Notes: generated by a model not told the origin, from the letters alone. A DNA stretch of 24,283 bases from a virus (IMGVR_UViG_3300025372_000044:1-24283), one strand, 5' to 3'; shown: positions 8,092 to 16,764, numbered from the stretch's first letter. Program-made: numbers and translations.

Positions 8092-8139
8092 ACTGTCGCA
8101 GAAAATGAGGGCAAGTGCAAAACTCGTCTCGGCGTGTCG
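8092..8139 (-). promoter_or_regulatory. Putative early-operon promoter with upstream GACAC motif
   Basis: TTGCAC (8115-8120)-N17-GACAGT (8092-8097) with TG extension; CGACACG at 8133-8139. Confidence 0.45.
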
Positions 8140-8149
8140 GAATACCCTT

Positions 8150-8198
8150 AAAACGCCAAAGAAGCCCCCAAGCGCCGGCGAGGTGGCGTTTGGGGGCT
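8150..8198 (-). terminator. Intrinsic terminator ending the late operon
   Basis: 14-bp arms 8163-8176/8185-8198 (13/14 matched), followed on the minus strand by TCTTTGGCGTTTT. Confidence 0.75.
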
Positions 8199-8217
8199 AG
8201 GGCATCATTCAGGAAGG

Positions 8218-8766
8218 CTAATCGCTCTCTGTGGCCAATTCTCCGCTGATTGCGAGGTATGCAGCACCATCGACGAAGCTGTCGAGGTGGGTTGGGGTTT
8301 CGATAAGTCGGGCAACCTTGACCTGAGCCATGCAGAGGGCTACCTGGGCAGGTGTCACCGGATGTTCAAGCACGATCGACCAAAGAGCTGCGATGCGCTC
8401 GTGATTGGTCTTGGGTGTGCCGTAGTTCTTGTCTCGGTCGCCATGTGTGAGTCGGTTGGCTTCGTCGAGGATTTCCTTGCGTTTCATCTTTGCCCCCTGG
8501 TCGTCTTTATTGCCTTTGGCTAAATTGCAGTCCGAGCATAGTGCTTGGAGATTGCTTTCATCGTTGGAGCCGCCTTTAGATAGCGGGACGATGTGGTCGA
8601 TATGTGGTTCGACATGAAATAGGCTGGCGTCACAATGCTGACACCTGAAACCCGAAGAAGCCAGCACCCGAAGTCTTGTCGTTTGTGGAAACGAAATTCG
8701 AGTCGACTGTGCTGGCTCCTTGCCGGATTTTTTGAGTAAAGCTTTGATATCCGAACGAAGTGTCAT
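8218..8766 (-). CDS. HNH endonuclease fused in frame to a DUF6378-like helical domain
   Basis: CQHC..HIDHIVPLSKGGSNDESNLQALCSDCN..K, then MKRKEILDEA..GDRDKNYG..NHERIAALWS..KVARL..HLDSFVDGAAY. Confidence 0.8.
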   Translation of the reverse strand: MTLRSDIKALLKKSGKEPAQSTRISFPQTTRLRVLASSGFRCQHCDASLFHVEPHIDHIVPLSKGGSNDESNLQALCSDCNLAKGNKDDQGAKMKRKEILDEANRLTHGDRDKNYGTPKTNHERIAALWSIVLEHPVTPAQVALCMAQVKVARLIETPTHLDSFVDGAAYLAISGELATESD

Positions 8767-8769
8767 CGG

Positions 8770-9027
8770 TTACTTCTTGCAGCGACACCCATTCGCTTCG
8801 CCACGCTTGCGGTGTTTGATGATCGATGCTGGCTTCACATCGTAATTGTGTGACATCAAAAGCCGAGAGATGGCTGAAGCAGAGATGTTTGCGTTGTCGA
8901 TAAGGTCGGCGAGCGCCTTGGCGTCTTCCTTGGGTAGATCGGCGATGATGCGATCGATCTTGCAAGGAAAGCCAGACTGTACCGGCGGGTTAGCGAGGAA
9001 GTCCTCGATTGCGGAACGAAGTGACAT
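8770..9027 (-). CDS. Small HTH-like protein with terminal CxC
   Basis: 85 aa; ISASAISRLL..IIKHRKR..CRC. Confidence 0.75.
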   Translation of the reverse strand: MSLRSAIEDFLANPPVQSGFPCKIDRIIADLPKEDAKALADLIDNANISASAISRLLMSHNYDVKPASIIKHRKRGEANGCRCKK

Positions 9028-9032
9028 TGAAC

Positions 9033-9293
9033 CTATGCAGCTGGCGTGGCTGGCGGTGTAGGCGCGACTGGAGTTGCAGCCTTAACGGTTGCCTTTCCAA
9101 CATTGTAAATCGCAATGAACTTCTGCGCCTTAGCAATAGCAGCGCCGATAACTGGTCCGAAGACTGAAGCGGCAGCGGCCTTGGCTACTCCAATCGGATG
9201 ATGGTCGCCTGAGTACCAGATACCAGCGGCAGTTGATACGAAAGCGATTGCGTAGTGTTCGGCGACTTTGGTGATCTTTGGTGAAATTTTCAT
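9033..9293 (-). CDS. Putative holin
   Basis: Two hydrophobic segments; directly downstream of the endolysin; SD AAGGG. Confidence 0.55.
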   Translation of the reverse strand: MKISPKITKVAEHYAIAFVSTAAGIWYSGDHHPIGVAKAAAASVFGPVIGAAIAKAQKFIAIYNVGKATVKAATPVAPTPPATPAA

Positions 9294-9332
9294 AGATACC
9301 CTTTCAAGGTAGGTGAGGAAAGACTAGCAGAC

Positions 9333-9821
9333 TCAGTTGTTCCACTTAGGACGCGCCACAGCGACGACGAATTGGTATTGGCGTTGCTTCTCATAGCAAC
9401 CATCACCATTGGATTGATTGACTCCAGGCGCTCCGGTGTTGCCTTCATAAGTTGTCAGGGTCTTTGTCGCAGGATTGTTGGAGACAACCAAGCCGACGTG
9501 TTCTGGCAACTTCTGTCCGTCCCAGTTAAAAAATACGATGTCGCCGGCTTGAGCCGAACTGACGGGGACGAGCTGGTGCGTAGTCGTGAAATGTTGGACT
9601 GCGATTGGGCAGTAGGCGAATCCTTTGGGTGATTGGATTCCGGCGATCAATGGCAGCGCATTGGCTTGAGCAAAGCAGTAGGAAACGAACATCGCGCACC
9701 AGGACTGGTGATCCTCACCGTACCATGCGCCAAAAATTGATTCGTTGTTTGGGCCTTCTTTGTAACTTTGTTCAACATATTTCTTGGCTACTGCTAGGAC
9801 TGCATTGGCTTGATTACTCAT
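9333..9821 (-). CDS. Endolysin, CHAP-domain amidase/peptidase
   Basis: WCAMFVSYCF, GDIVFFNW, HVGLV, EGNT (Cys-His-Glu). Confidence 0.88.
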   Translation of the reverse strand: MSNQANAVLAVAKKYVEQSYKEGPNNESIFGAWYGEDHQSWCAMFVSYCFAQANALPLIAGIQSPKGFAYCPIAVQHFTTTHQLVPVSSAQAGDIVFFNWDGQKLPEHVGLVVSNNPATKTLTTYEGNTGAPGVNQSNGDGCYEKQRQYQFVVAVARPKWNN

Positions 9822-10297
9822 TGCCAGATCAACCTCTCTGCTAGATCGCCAGGATTGACTAGGTCTGTGTTAGGGCAGACTGGATGGCCAGCCTTTTCGT
9901 AGCACTCTGCAACCAATTCAGAGCAGATATAGCCTTGGTGTCTGGCTAGGTAATGGATAAAAGATTGTGGGAATACCTTGATGCCTAACGCACGAAGCGC
10001 CAGCATTGCAATGATGCCGAAATTGTATGGCCGTCCGACAAGGTTGGTGGCGTGGAAAACAATGGTTTCGCGTTGATCGCCGCGCAGCTTCTCATGCTGA
10101 TTCCATGCAATTCTTGGATATTTCCACAGAGGGCTAATAGCAACGCCAGTAGGATTGGCTTCAACCACCTTGCCGTCGCCAATGTAGATAAAAGCGTGGT
10201 TCCAGCGGGATACCGTTCCAAGCCGAATGAGTTTGGCAAAGAATCCATTGCTGCTGACGACTCCGTAATCCCCTGGGCGTGGCTTATAGGTCATCAT
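9818..10297 (-). CDS. Permuted papain-like NlpC/P60 (YiiX/YebB-like) enzyme
   Basis: PRPGD, WNHAFIYIGDGKVVEA (His first), GRPYNF, YICSELVAECY (Cys last). Confidence 0.85.
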   Translation of the reverse strand: MMTYKPRPGDYGVVSSNGFFAKLIRLGTVSRWNHAFIYIGDGKVVEANPTGVAISPLWKYPRIAWNQHEKLRGDQRETIVFHATNLVGRPYNFGIIAMLALRALGIKVFPQSFIHYLARHQGYICSELVAECYEKAGHPVCPNTDLVNPGDLAERLIWQ

Positions 10298-10670
10298 GGC
10301 TCCCTTCGGATTCCTGCAAGTCCTCGATCATGTCGGTGAGGATTTCGATGTTGTCGGCTTCCTGACGGGTCAACTTGCGAAGTTCGCGCAGGATAAGAGC
10401 ATCACGCTTGGTCTGACCGAGTAGGCCAATGCCGATGATCAGTTCGATGGTGACAGCCAGCCACGACGCCACGAGCTGCCATTTGGTGAAGCTGTGGGTG
10501 TCATGGAACCAGGACGGGAACTGCCACCATAGGGCAGAACCGACAGTCCAGATGGAGATGAAGTACCAGTTGCGGATGATGCCTTGAATCTTCCAAGAGA
10601 TTTGCTCCGAGAAGTTGAGAACATCGCCTGTGTCTGGGTGTACGAATTTGCGCTTGAGTGGGTTACGCAT
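10284..10670 (-). CDS. Two-TM membrane protein, DUF1003-like
   Basis: NWYFISIWTV..LWW, second TM ending GQTKRD, then coiled coil. Confidence 0.6.
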   Translation of the reverse strand: MRNPLKRKFVHPDTGDVLNFSEQISWKIQGIIRNWYFISIWTVGSALWWQFPSWFHDTHSFTKWQLVASWLAVTIELIIGIGLLGQTKRDALILRELRKLTRQEADNIEILTDMIEDLQESEGSHDDL

Positions 10671-10830
10671 TGTCCCCGCCTTTCGACTTGCGGCGAAGAC
10701 TTATCTCGTGACGGATGATAAAGCGAACCGCCCGATGAAATACCCACCAGATTGCTCCCCCGATTGCTCCGATTGAGAACGTCCAGCAATAGACGATGTT
10801 CGCAATATCAGATTGATCGTTGAGTGTAAT
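10663..10830 (-). CDS. Unannotated 55-aa single-TM protein with apparent ATT start
   Basis: ITLNDQSDIANIVYCWTFSIGAIGGAIWWVFHRAVRFIIRHEISLRRKSKGGDNA; AAGGA 6 nt upstream of ATT; stop overlaps the next gene. Confidence 0.6.
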   Translation of the reverse strand: MTLNDQSDIANIVYCWTFSIGAIGGAIWWVFHRAVRFIIRHEISLRRKSKGGDNA

Positions 10831-10867
10831 TTTTTTTCCTTACTGTTGAGGTTTGTCCCCCGACATA

Positions 10868-10876
10868 AGTTTATCA
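10868..10876 (-). promoter_or_regulatory. Putative extended -10 element upstream of the lysis cluster
   Basis: TGATAAACT (TGnTAnnnT) in the intergenic gap; differs by one base from TGATACACT at 154-162. Confidence 0.35.
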
Positions 10877-10881
10877 GTTGA

Positions 10882-12057
10882 TCAAGATGACAATTTTGCT
10901 TCGATTGCTGCCAAGCGCGTGTTTAAGTCTTTGAGTAAAGGAATTAAAGCAACCGCGACACGATCATAGTTCACCGAATCTGGCTCGCCTTTTTCATTCT
11001 TGTTCATCAATAAATCTGCAAGGACTGGGATTGTTGCAATTTCTTCAGCGATTAAACCGAGAATTCGTGGCAGACCTTCCGTTGATCCGTTCTGCGTTTC
11101 TGCTGCTGCTTTGTCAATGAATGACTTTGGAGCAAGTTGCAAGATTGAACTGACTGGAATTTCTTGAGGTTGAACATCTAACTTGTAGCGCAAAGATGAC
11201 GATGACCGAGCGAGCAAACCAGTTGAAGAGTTGATGTAAGCATTTGCTGAGGATGTTGTCGTGGCATAACCGGAGTTATAAAAGTAAGACTGAGCCGTCA
11301 TGTTGCCAGTCGATATGGTCGTTCCCAGCGAAGTGATGTTATTTCCGCTGATGTTTCCGGTGCTTGAATTGAGAAGCAGGATCGTGCTTGTTATTGGTCC
11401 AGCGTAAATTTGACTTGTATTGAAAGTGAATCCAGCGATGCTTCCACCTGTAGCGTTAATGTTCGAAGCGTTAACTGCTCCGCCTGTATCAACTGTAAAT
11501 GTGCCTGAGCCGTTATTGATGGCTCGAGATGTCAAGGTTCCGGTCGTGATATTGCCAGCATCGATCGAGGTGACTGCCAAGTAGCCAAGCCCGAAAGGAA
11601 CCCAAGATGAGCCGTTCCATTGGTTAGGACGGTTGGTGTTGGAGCCATCAAACCAAAGATCGCCGACCGATGTCGCCGTTGGAGTTGACGATCCATAGAA
11701 AACTTTGTTTTTTCCATTGGCTGAAGTAAGAGCTGCGTTCGCAGTTGTGTTGGCGGTGTTCGCTGTCGAAAGTGCGCTGTTCGCAGTTGTGTTCGCAGTT
11801 CCAGCCAAAGTTGCTGCCGAAGCGATTGAGCCATCTTGAACGGAAACCCAGTTGCTTCCATCCCAACGATAAGCCAGATTTCCGTTGGAAGTGTCGTACC
11901 AGATATCTCCGATATTGACTGCGGAAGGTCCAGGATATGCAACGGTGTAGGTTGCCGATGGAGTGACGACAGCAGTCGAGGAATTGTCGTAATCGCCAGA
12001 GACGAACCAAGTCGAATAAGGGATTGGCGTGTTGGTGATTTGTGGCGCTAATGGCAT
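10882..12057 (-). CDS. Tail spike/fibre with C-terminal intramolecular chaperone (peptidase S74-like)
   Basis: Two GD(I/L)W.D..N....W.GS.WV repeats, Ala/Thr/Asn coil, then SSLRYK...GLIAEE...VNYD..coiled coil. Confidence 0.8.
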   Translation of the reverse strand: MPLAPQITNTPIPYSTWFVSGDYDNSSTAVVTPSATYTVAYPGPSAVNIGDIWYDTSNGNLAYRWDGSNWVSVQDGSIASAATLAGTANTTANSALSTANTANTTANAALTSANGKNKVFYGSSTPTATSVGDLWFDGSNTNRPNQWNGSSWVPFGLGYLAVTSIDAGNITTGTLTSRAINNGSGTFTVDTGGAVNASNINATGGSIAGFTFNTSQIYAGPITSTILLLNSSTGNISGNNITSLGTTISTGNMTAQSYFYNSGYATTTSSANAYINSSTGLLARSSSSLRYKLDVQPQEIPVSSILQLAPKSFIDKAAAETQNGSTEGLPRILGLIAEEIATIPVLADLLMNKNEKGEPDSVNYDRVAVALIPLLKDLNTRLAAIEAKLSS

Positions 12058-12067
12058 GAGGTTCCCC

Positions 12068-13204
12068 TTAGATCGTGATTGAGTAAGGATTCATTGGCGA
12101 GGTCATCAAGTTAGTACGCCAGCCATTTTCGAAGTCGATATCGTGTTGATAACCTTCGAGGACTGTGTATAACTCCAAAGTGCGACCATCGACTGTGGTT
12201 CGTTCGACTGTGATCTGATCGCCGATTTCAAGCGATAGGAAGTCAGGGTATAGCGCACCGAGGGCATGAGCTGAGAACTGAACCGACTGCACCAAAGGCT
12301 GAGGATTGTGGTCCTTGAAGGCTAGGTATTTGGCAAGGTTGTCGGCGTCGCTGTCATTCAAGATCGGGGCATTGACTGTGATCGACTTCAAACCAAAAGC
12401 GGTGGTCGATGGTAGGTGACGATAGCGGCGTTGCGTTCCGGAGTCACGTTGGATCAACGCTTCATTGACGACTTGATAGGTTCCTGGCGTCGTCTCAAGG
12501 TGGTCATATTCGACTGTGTTGGTGGCGCGAGAATCTGAAAGCATCAAGCGAGTGACGCGGTTGAACTTATCCGACAATGGAAGGAAAGTAGCAACACCAT
12601 CGCGGCTAATATAGAAGCGACCTGCTTCACACGCAACGCATTGCTCGATGAGAGTCTGCAAAGTTCCCGACTGAGTTGTCGCTTCCATCTGAACGCTGCC
12701 AGAGAGATTGCGTGAGCCAGTCCAGTTGGCGTAAGTCAGCATCCGACCAACGCGGGTCGATGTTGTCTCGCCAGAGTAAGCGGCTGGAGATTGAGCCAAC
12801 GCATACATCTTGGAAAGCAGAGCAATGCCGTCGGTGAAGATCATCGTCGCAGTAGGGTCGAAACCTTGATCGACTGTGGTGGTCTCGAGATAGCCAACGA
12901 ATAGCGTGTAGGAAGTTCCAGACCACGTGGCTAGGATTTGCATCTGTAGACCTGCCTGAAGCTGATTGACGCCTGAAACTACATAAGGAGAGCCAGAACC
13001 GGTGTATTCAGGATCATAGAAGCCAAAATGGTTGTCTAGGACAATGGTTGTCGATCCTGGATCATTTTTCTGATCAGCGCGAGCGCGACCACGATGAATC
13101 TGCATTTGACGCAGGTCGGTGGTGCTAACACTTACCCATGAGCTGTTGATAAAGAATTGAACGGTGAGGGTTGGGCCATTTGTGCCGTTGAGGAACGCTG
13201 CCAT
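12068..13204 (-). CDS. Minor tail protein (tail tip hub)
   Basis: 378 aa immediately after the tape measure; IHRGR..PG...LDN..G.YDP and EAGRFYISRDG.ATF motifs. Confidence 0.75.
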   Translation of the reverse strand: MAAFLNGTNGPTLTVQFFINSSWVSVSTTDLRQMQIHRGRARADQKNDPGSTTIVLDNHFGFYDPEYTGSGSPYVVSGVNQLQAGLQMQILATWSGTSYTLFVGYLETTTVDQGFDPTATMIFTDGIALLSKMYALAQSPAAYSGETTSTRVGRMLTYANWTGSRNLSGSVQMEATTQSGTLQTLIEQCVACEAGRFYISRDGVATFLPLSDKFNRVTRLMLSDSRATNTVEYDHLETTPGTYQVVNEALIQRDSGTQRRYRHLPSTTAFGLKSITVNAPILNDSDADNLAKYLAFKDHNPQPLVQSVQFSAHALGALYPDFLSLEIGDQITVERTTVDGRTLELYTVLEGYQHDIDFENGWRTNLMTSPMNPYSITI

Positions 13205-13205
13205 C

Positions 13206-14759
13206 TTATAGACCCAACGGTGCTAGTGATGCGCCTTTGCGACGCATGAGCTGAGCCAACTCGTTACGCATCTTGACAGCCAAGTCCTTCTCGGTGATGA
13301 CTGAGCCAGAGACATTGATTGTGACATTCATGCCTTGACCAATGCCACCCTTGCTGAGTGGGACGACAGCTTCAGGTCCGGCTTCACCGACCATCGCCAA
13401 GGTTGGCGAGTTGACGATTCCACCTTCGGCGAGCATAGGAATCTTCGGAATGTTGATGCCGAATTCCTTGCCGCCAAGTAACGGAACCCAGTCAGGAATT
13501 TTGAAGTGAATCTTGTCAACTAGATCAATGACAGCGTTGATGATTGTGATGATGCCGTCAATGTAGCCTTTGATTCCACCGACAATGAATTGGAAGACAT
13601 CCTTGATTCCTGTGCCTACGTCTTTGGCAACATTGACAAGGAATTTCATCACGTCAATAATCGCAACAATGACATCTTTGATGATTCCAGCGGCTATTGC
13701 TACAGCCTTGAAAGCCACAACCAGAACGACTCCGATGACTGGGGCAAGATAAGTCGCAACGAATTTCCAGATATCCTCGAGGACTGGAAGTAAGACTTTG
13801 AAGACATCCTGAAGGTCCTTGACAACATCTCCGACATCTTTGCCAATGTCTTTGAATAAACTCATGTGGTTGCCAGTTTCGGCGAAATGAGTGCCAAGGT
13901 CAATAATGTATTTGGCAAAGTCTTGAATGTAGCCAATGACAGGTCCGAGGACTTTGCCAATCTCTTCAAAGGCTGGGCGAAGAATGGTTGTGATGATCGG
14001 AATGATCTCGGAAAAGGCCTTGGTGATTGCTGTGATTGCAGGGTAAAGGTATTGTCCAAGTTGAACTTGTAGGCCTTGAACTGCTGCGTGGAATTCGCGT
14101 TGAGCCATGACGTTAGCTTGAACGCCTTTAAGGGCATCTCCGTTGAGAACCAATCCCATCTTCTGCGCTTCTGCACCGAATTTGGCGATACCTGCTGCGC
14201 CTTGGTTAAGGAGTGGATAGAGAGCCATTCCTGACTTGCCAAAGATTTGCAATACAGCGTTGGTCTTTTCGACTCCAGGCGGCATTGCTGCGATCTTATT
14301 TGCAACCTCAGAGAAGAGTGCTGACGCGGCCTTGAAGTGGCCGTTGGAATCCTTGACGCTAATGCCTAGGGCTTCGAACTTCTTTTCGCCGGCAGTTGTA
14401 GCGGCAGCCTTAGCCATCTTGCCAAGTGCTGACGCCAAAGTATCTGCGCCAACGCCAGATTCCTCAGCTGCGAAACGAAGTTTGGACATCGCCTCGGCTG
14501 AGTCTCCGGTGTAGCGCTGGAGATTGATGACTTCTTTGCCGACTGACTGGTAAGCACCAATCGATTCTTTGGCAAAGTTGAGAGCATCCTGACCAGCATT
14601 TTGCAAGATATTGCCAGCGAATACGCCAGCAGCGATGGTCTTGATCTTGGAGAACGCGCCACCTGTGTTCTCAGCTTCCTTGCCGATATTCTGTAAGGCC
14701 TTGGAAGCGGAGACATCTTTGCCATAGAGCGAGTACGTTAACGAGGTGTCGTTCGCCAT
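13206..14759 (-). CDS. Tape measure protein (short, 517 aa)
   Basis: Ala/Gly-rich amphipathic repeats; C-terminal IPKIPMLAEGGIV..PTLAMVGEAGPEAVVPL; follows the chaperone pair. Confidence 0.92.
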   Translation of the reverse strand: MANDTSLTYSLYGKDVSASKALQNIGKEAENTGGAFSKIKTIAAGVFAGNILQNAGQDALNFAKESIGAYQSVGKEVINLQRYTGDSAEAMSKLRFAAEESGVGADTLASALGKMAKAAATTAGEKKFEALGISVKDSNGHFKAASALFSEVANKIAAMPPGVEKTNAVLQIFGKSGMALYPLLNQGAAGIAKFGAEAQKMGLVLNGDALKGVQANVMAQREFHAAVQGLQVQLGQYLYPAITAITKAFSEIIPIITTILRPAFEEIGKVLGPVIGYIQDFAKYIIDLGTHFAETGNHMSLFKDIGKDVGDVVKDLQDVFKVLLPVLEDIWKFVATYLAPVIGVVLVVAFKAVAIAAGIIKDVIVAIIDVMKFLVNVAKDVGTGIKDVFQFIVGGIKGYIDGIITIINAVIDLVDKIHFKIPDWVPLLGGKEFGINIPKIPMLAEGGIVNSPTLAMVGEAGPEAVVPLSKGGIGQGMNVTINVSGSVITEKDLAVKMRNELAQLMRRKGASLAPLGL

Positions 14760-14767
14760 GTTATCTC

Positions 14768-14953
14768 CTAGTCGTCTGCTGGTGCGTTCATCTTGAGTGC
14801 AGCTTCAATCAGCCCGTTCAAGATCGGCAATTCTATGTCCCAGACATTTAGCGGCGTGATGCCTGGATAAGTGTGACAGATCAACGCCATGTGGCGAGTG
14901 ATATGGCCGCGAGTGCCGCCTCTAATTAGTTCGCGGCGGTTTCCAATTTTTTT
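14768..14953 (-). CDS. -1 frameshift extension of the tail assembly chaperone (gpGT-like)
   Basis: Slippery CCCAAAAAAA at 14947-14956; the -1 frame reads KIGNRRELIRGG...GITPLNVWDIELP...APADD to TAG at 14768-14770. Confidence 0.8.
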   Translation of the reverse strand, partial: KKIGNRRELIRGGTRGHITRHMALICHTYPGITPLNVWDIELPILNGLIEAALKMNAPADD

Positions 14954-15246
14954 GGGTCTTCTCCCAAGAACTTGAAGTCTCCAATGGTGTAGGAGTCAAG
15001 AACATTGTCGAATGAGACGACCTTACCTGAACGAACTAGGCATATCCACGCAACTGCATAGATCGCCTTCGAACGGGTGTATTTAGGATTTGGGTGAAGT
15101 GCATCCTCAGACGCGAGCAGTCCTAGCAAGGAAAGCCCATCAAGTCCGAGAGCATCTTCGATGTTGGTGATTTCACGTCCAGAGACGTTTGGTTCTGATC
15201 CTTCACCTGGAATGGCGAAGACTTCATCTTTGATCTGTAGTGGCAT
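14926..15246 (-). CDS. Tail assembly chaperone (gpG-like)
   Basis: 106 aa, upstream of the tape measure, ends at the slippery site (EDPKK). Confidence 0.8.
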   Translation of the reverse strand: MPLQIKDEVFAIPGEGSEPNVSGREITNIEDALGLDGLSLLGLLASEDALHPNPKYTRSKAIYAVAWICLVRSGKVVSFDNVLDSYTIGDFKFLGEDPKKLETAAN

Positions 15247-15258
15247 GGTTTCCCCCTG

Positions 15259-15777
15259 TTATTGGACTGAAGCGATGGCGTCTAACACCGCCGATGATAC
15301 CTGTTTTTCGAATTCGTCTTTGTGTTTGAGTACGGTGACACCAAGGAAAGGGTGTGGTGATTGCGTTACCCATTTGTTGCGGTTGCCATAGACGGGATGG
15401 CGCCAGGGGCGCTTGCGTCGACCTTCCATATAGTACGGAACGGTTCGAGGACGCCCGCTGGCTCCCATGAAGCGAGTTGTCGAGACTCTGATGTGGACTG
15501 CTCCACCGCGTTTGGTGGCCTTGATTTCGGAGACAGTAGCAGCGGCGAGAGATTGGCGCAGACCTAGGGTTTCCCCGCGCTTTTTTCTCTTCATCTCAGT
15601 TTCGCCGGACTTGGTCTGGATTTGCAACTCTGCTCTCCGGACATCCTCGACAACTGGTTTCGCTGCTTCTGTCAACCGCTTACGTAATTGCTTTTTGACT
15701 TCAGGATCGATTTTTCCCATGCGGCGATAAAACTCACCGAATTCTTTGTAGTCAATCGTGAAGTCGTCGTCTGCCAT
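15259..15777 (-). CDS. HK97 gp10-like tail completion/neck protein
   Basis: Basic protein; LRKRL.EAAKPVV..VR, C-terminal HPFL. Confidence 0.65.
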   Translation of the reverse strand: MADDDFTIDYKEFGEFYRRMGKIDPEVKKQLRKRLTEAAKPVVEDVRRAELQIQTKSGETEMKRKKRGETLGLRQSLAAATVSEIKATKRGGAVHIRVSTTRFMGASGRPRTVPYYMEGRRKRPWRHPVYGNRNKWVTQSPHPFLGVTVLKHKDEFEKQVSSAVLDAIASVQ

Positions 15778-15778
15778 A

Positions 15779-16756
15779 TTAGAGAGTTGAGTCGCTTGTC
15801 TGATATGTGATGGTCAATGGGGCATCTGAGCCGTCGTCGTATGCTGTGAATGTGACAGCAAGGTCGATGACGCCAGGACCAGGAACCTTTGGTGTGTCAG
15901 CATCGAGCTTGACTGCTGAGACTGTGATGGTCAAGGTTTGCTTGTAGCTTCCAGCGATGGTTGCACCTGTGAAGGTCAAGGAAAGCGCAGTTTGAGCATC
16001 GGTGAGGTACTTGTTCAAGAGTGTTGAGTCAAGGAATTCAGCCGTCAACTTGCCTGTGATTTTGCGGAAGCCGTTGATGACCTGCTCAGCCTTAGCACCA
16101 GAAGCGCCGAGGTTGTAGCGATCGCCCTTGATCACGTTATCGACTGTCAATGTGAAGTCCTTGACGTTGGCTACTGATGTGCCATCGACTGTGATCGCGC
16201 CTTGAGCGAAGTGGAAGATTGAACCGTTGAGTGGGTAGGAAGCAGTCGCAAGTGACTGGGTTGTGCTAAATCCTGCGCCATCGATGGTGAACTTTCCTGT
16301 CGCCAAGCCACCAGCTGATACTGCCAACTCCCAAGTCGAAACCTTTGCACCTGTGATGGTCTTTGGTACGACTGTGCCGGTGTATTGAGGAACGCCGACC
16401 TGGACTGTTGCAGATTTGCCGTAGATGTCGCCAAGTGTGAAAGCGTATGAGTAGACGCCAGTTGTGACGGTGGTTGGTGATGGTGTTGAACCTGTAGCCA
16501 AAGACAGAAGTTGTCCAAGGCCGTTGGTTGGAAGGTCGAGTGTGATGTCACCAGTTGCATCGAAGGTTGTCACTACGCGACGCTGTGAGCGAGGAAGTAG
16601 TCCACCTGCGCGGAGTCCCATTCCTTCCACAGTTTTCTTGTTGTAGTTAATGCCTTCAGATGTGAACTCATAAAATCGAGTGACGGTGACAGCGGTGTTG
16701 AATGTTGTCTCAGTTGCGATTCCCAGTTGGGAACCAATACCGGCGCCGATTGCCAT
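15779..16756 (-). CDS. Major tail tube protein
   Basis: 325 aa, Thr/Gly beta-rich; SQLGIATETTF, FTLTVDN, RKITGKLTAEF. Confidence 0.85.
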   Translation of the reverse strand: MAIGAGIGSQLGIATETTFNTAVTVTRFYEFTSEGINYNKKTVEGMGLRAGGLLPRSQRRVVTTFDATGDITLDLPTNGLGQLLSLATGSTPSPTTVTTGVYSYAFTLGDIYGKSATVQVGVPQYTGTVVPKTITGAKVSTWELAVSAGGLATGKFTIDGAGFSTTQSLATASYPLNGSIFHFAQGAITVDGTSVANVKDFTLTVDNVIKGDRYNLGASGAKAEQVINGFRKITGKLTAEFLDSTLLNKYLTDAQTALSLTFTGATIAGSYKQTLTITVSAVKLDADTPKVPGPGVIDLAVTFTAYDDGSDAPLTITYQTSDSTL

Positions 16757-16764
16757 TTTTTCTC

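Noticed and set aside
9321-9329. TGCTAGTCT possible extended -10 before the holin-like gene
   Set aside because: A single short match with no supporting -35; too weak to call.
10439-10789. 116-aa minus-strand ORF
   Set aside because: Ser/Gly-rich off-frame overlap; the 10663..10830 and 10284..10670 frames explain the region better.
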